Source: Nemertoderma westbladi
Lineage: Eukaryota > Animalia > Xenacoelomorpha
Length of the DNA: 64,000 bases
Assembly: GCA_032718475.1 (NCBI GenBank)
Contig: JAUCBJ010008553.1
Location: forward strand, 1 to 64,000
Direction: 5' to 3'
Of the stretch, positions 60,525-64,000 are shown in pieces. Numbering within the stretch: position 1 is the first letter of the stretch; each line of letters starts with the position of its first letter. The notes below the pieces were generated by a model that searched no databases, had not been told where the DNA came from, and was given only the letters and a program-made list of their open reading frames with translations. The translations under genes were made by a program, and so were the position numbers.

Positions 60525-63500
60525 ACGTTTGTGTTGGTGTAGACTGCTACACTGCGAGACGTTAGTGTTGGTGTAGACTGGTACCGGTACACAGCAAGAC
60601 TTTAGTGTTGGTGTAGATTGGTACACAGGGACTTATTAGTGTTGGTGTAGATTGTTACACAGGGAGTTGTTAGTGTTGGTGTAGACTGGTACACTGCGAG
60701 ACGTTAGTGTTGGTGTAGACTGGTACACTGCGAGACGTTAGTGTTGGTGTAGACTGGTACATAGCGAGACATCAATGTTGGTGAAGACTGGTAAACTGCG
60801 AGACGTTAGTGTTGGTGTAGACTGGTACACTGCGAGACGTTTGTGTTGGTGTAGACTGGTACACAGCGAGACATCAATGTTGGTGTAGACTGGTAAACTG
60901 CGAGACGTTAGTGTTTGTGTAGACTGGTACAGAGCGAGACATCAGTGTTGGTGTAGACTGGTACACTGAGAGACGTTAGTGTTGGTGTAGACTGGTACAC
61001 AGCGAGACGTTAGTGTTGGTGTAGATTGGTACACAGGGAGTTGTTAGTGTTGATGTAGACTAGTACACTGAGAGACGTTATTGTTGGTGTAGATTGTTAC
61101 ACAGGGAGTTGTCAGTGTTGGTGTAGACTGGTACACTGCGAGACGTTTGTGTTGGTGTAGACTGGTACACTGCGAGACGTTAGTGTTGGTGTAGACTGGT
61201 ACACTGCGAGACGTTAGTGTTGGTGTAGACTGGTACAGAGCGAGACATCAGTGTTGGTGTAGACTGGTAAACTGCGAGACGTTAGTGTTGGTGTAGATTG
61301 GTACACAGGGAGTTATTAGTGTTGGTGTAGATTGGTACACAGGGAGTTGTTAGTGTTGGTGTAGATTGGTGCACAGGGAGTTGTTAGTATTGATGTAGAC
61401 TAGTACACTGAGAGACGTTAGTGTTGGTGTAGATTGTTACACAGGGAGTTGTTAGTGTTGGTGTAGACTGGTACACTGCGAGACGTTTGCGTTGGTGTAG
61501 ACTGGTACAATGCGAGACGTTAGTGTTGGTGTAGACTGGTACACAGCGAGACATCAATGTTGGTGTAGACTGGTAAACTGCGAGACGTTAGTGTTGGTGT
61601 AGACTGGTACGGAGCGAGACATCAGTGTTGGTGTAGACTGGTAAACTGCGAGACGTTAGTGTTGGTGTGGACTGGTACACAGCGAGACGTTAGTGTTGGT
61701 GTAAATTGGTACACAGGGAGTTATTAGTGTTGGTGTAGATTGGTACACAGGGAGTTGTTAGTGTTGGTGTAGATTGGTGCACATGGAGTTGTTAGTATTG
61801 ATGTAGACTAGTACACTGAGAGACGTTAGTGTTGGTGTAGACTGGTACACTGAGAGACGTTTGTGTTGGTGTAGACTGGTACACTGAGAGACGTTAGTGT
61901 TTGTGTAGACTGGTACACAGACAGACGTTAGTGTTGGTGTAGACTGGTACACAGATAGACGTTAGTGTTGGTGTAGACTGGTACACCGAGAGACGTTAGT
62001 GTTGGTGTAGACTGGTAGACAGTGAGAGGTTAGTGTTGGTATAGATTGGTACACAGGGAGTTATTAGTGTTGGTGAAGATTGGTGCATAGGGAGTTGTTA
62101 GTGATGGTGTAGACTGGTGCACAGAGAGACGTTAGTATTGGTGTAGACTGGTACACAGCGAGACGTTAGTATTGGTGTAGATTGGTACTCAGGGAGTTAT
62201 TAGTGTTGGTGTAGACTGGTACACAGACAGACGTTAGTGTTGGTGTATACTGGTACACTGAGAGACGTTAGTGTTGGTGTAGACCGGTACACTGAGAGAC
62301 GTTAGTGTTGGTGTAGAATGGTACACTGGGAGACGTTAGTGCTGGTGTAGACTGGTACACTGGGAGGCGTTAGTGTTGGTGTAGACTGGTACACAGCGAG
62401 ACGTTAGTATTGGTGTAGATTGGTACTCAGGGAGTTATTAGTGTTGGTGTAGACTGGTACACAGACAGACGTTAGTGTTGGTGTATACTGGTACACTGAG
62501 AGACGTTAGTGTTGGTGTAGACCGGTACACTGAGAGACGTTAGTGTTGGTGTAGAATGGTACACTGGGAGACGTTAGTGCTGGTGTAGACTGGTACACTG
62601 CGAGGCGATAGTGTTGGTGTAGACTGGTACACTGCGAGGCGTTAGTGTTGGTGTAGACTAGTACACTGCGAGGCGTTAGTGTTGGTGTAGACTAGTACAC
62701 TGCGAGACGTTAGTGTTGGTGTAGACTGGTACACTGGGAGGCGTTAGTGTTGGTGTAGACTGGTACACAGCGAGACGTTAGTATTGGTGTAGATTGGTAC
62801 TCAGGGAGTTATTAGTGTTGGTGTAGACTGGTACACAGACAGACGTTAGTGTTGGTGTATACTGGTACACTGAGAGACGTTAGTGTTGGTGTAGACCGGT
62901 ACACTGAGAGACGTTAGTGTTGGTGTAGAATGGTACACTGGGAGACGTTAGTGCTGGTGTAGACTGGTACACTGGGAGACGTTAGTGCTGGTGTAGACTG
63001 GTACACTGCGAGGCGATAGTGTTGGTGTAGACTAGTACACTGCGAGGCGTTAGTGTTGGTGTAGACTGGTACATAGCGAGACATTAGTATTGGTGTAGAT
63101 TGGTACTCAGGGAGTTATTAGTGTTGGTGTAGACTGGTACACAGACAGACGTTAGTGTTGGTGTAGACTGGTACACTGCAAGGCGATAGTGTTGGTGTAG
63201 ACTGGTACACTGCGAGGCGTTAGTGTTGGTGTAGACTGGTACACTGGGAGACGTTAGTACTGGTGTAGAGTGGTACACTGCGAGACGTTAGTGTTGGTGT
63301 AGACTGGTACACTGCGAGGCGTTAGTGTTGGTGTAGACTGGTACACTGCGAGGCGTTAGTGTTGGTGTAGACTGGTACACTGGGAGACGTTAGTACTGGT
63401 GTAGAGTGGTACACTGCGAGACGTTAGTGTTGGTGTAGACTGGTACACTGCGAGGCGATAGTGTTGGTGTAGACTGGTACACTGCGAGGCGTTAGTGTTG

Positions 63501-64000
63501 GTGTAGACTGGTACACTGGGAGACGTTAGTACTGGTGTAGAGTGGTACACTGCGAGACGTTAGTGTTGGTGTAGACTGGTACACTGCGAGGCGTTAGTGT
63601 TGGTGTAGACTGGTACACTGCGAGGCGATAGTGTTGGTGTAGACTGGTACACTGCGAGGCGTTAGTGTTGGTGTAGACTGGTACACTGAGAGACGTTAGT
63701 GTTTGTGTAGACTGGTACACTGCGAGGCGATAGTGTTGGTGTAGACTGGTACACTGAGAGACGTTAGTGTTTGTGTAGACTGGTACACTGCGAGGCGTTA
63801 GTGTTGGTGTAGACTGGTACACTGCGAGGCGTTAGTGTTGGTGTAGACTGGTACACTACGAGGCGATAGTGTTGGTGTAGACTGGTACACTGAGAGACGT
63901 TAGTGTTTGTGTAGACTGCTACACTGCGAGGCGTTAGTGTTGGTGTAGACTGGTACACTGCGAGGCGATAGTGTTGGTGTAGACTGGTACACTGAGAGTC
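60525..64000. repeat. 34-bp satellite GTTAGTGTTGGTGTAGACTGGTACACTGCGAGAC; runs off the right edge
   Basis: Tandem array with variant units (e.g. ...CACAGGGAGTT...). Confidence 0.97.

Overview
Eukaryotic DNA, probably from an invertebrate animal: AT-rich, intron-containing and very rich in satellites. Bases 1-8365 are a 21/22-bp satellite. It abuts a very large (18.9 kb) and young Bel/Pao LTR retrotransposon at 8366-27292, with 1198-bp near-identical LTRs. The element encodes Gag-PR and Pol, separated only by one in-frame TAA. It also has a third, non-env ORF of 1417 aa carrying a DEDDy-type (WRN/EXD/Mut-7-like) 3'-5' exonuclease fold, three CCHC-type zinc knuckles and a basic NLS-like tail; this is the most interesting object in the window. 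The rest holds one clear host gene, a 4-exon NADPH-dependent FMN reductase (minus strand, 32349-43714). Its 8.5-kb first intron contains a piggyBac transposase remnant, a 3.65-kb G-rich minisatellite and an RTE-like LINE split by two TTAA-flanked MITEs. There are several more tandem arrays (15, 30, 33, 34 and ~60 bp units), one of them an array of perfect CRE sites just upstream of a small ORF with a predicted membrane helix. All domain calls come from motif recognition by eye; no database searches were run.
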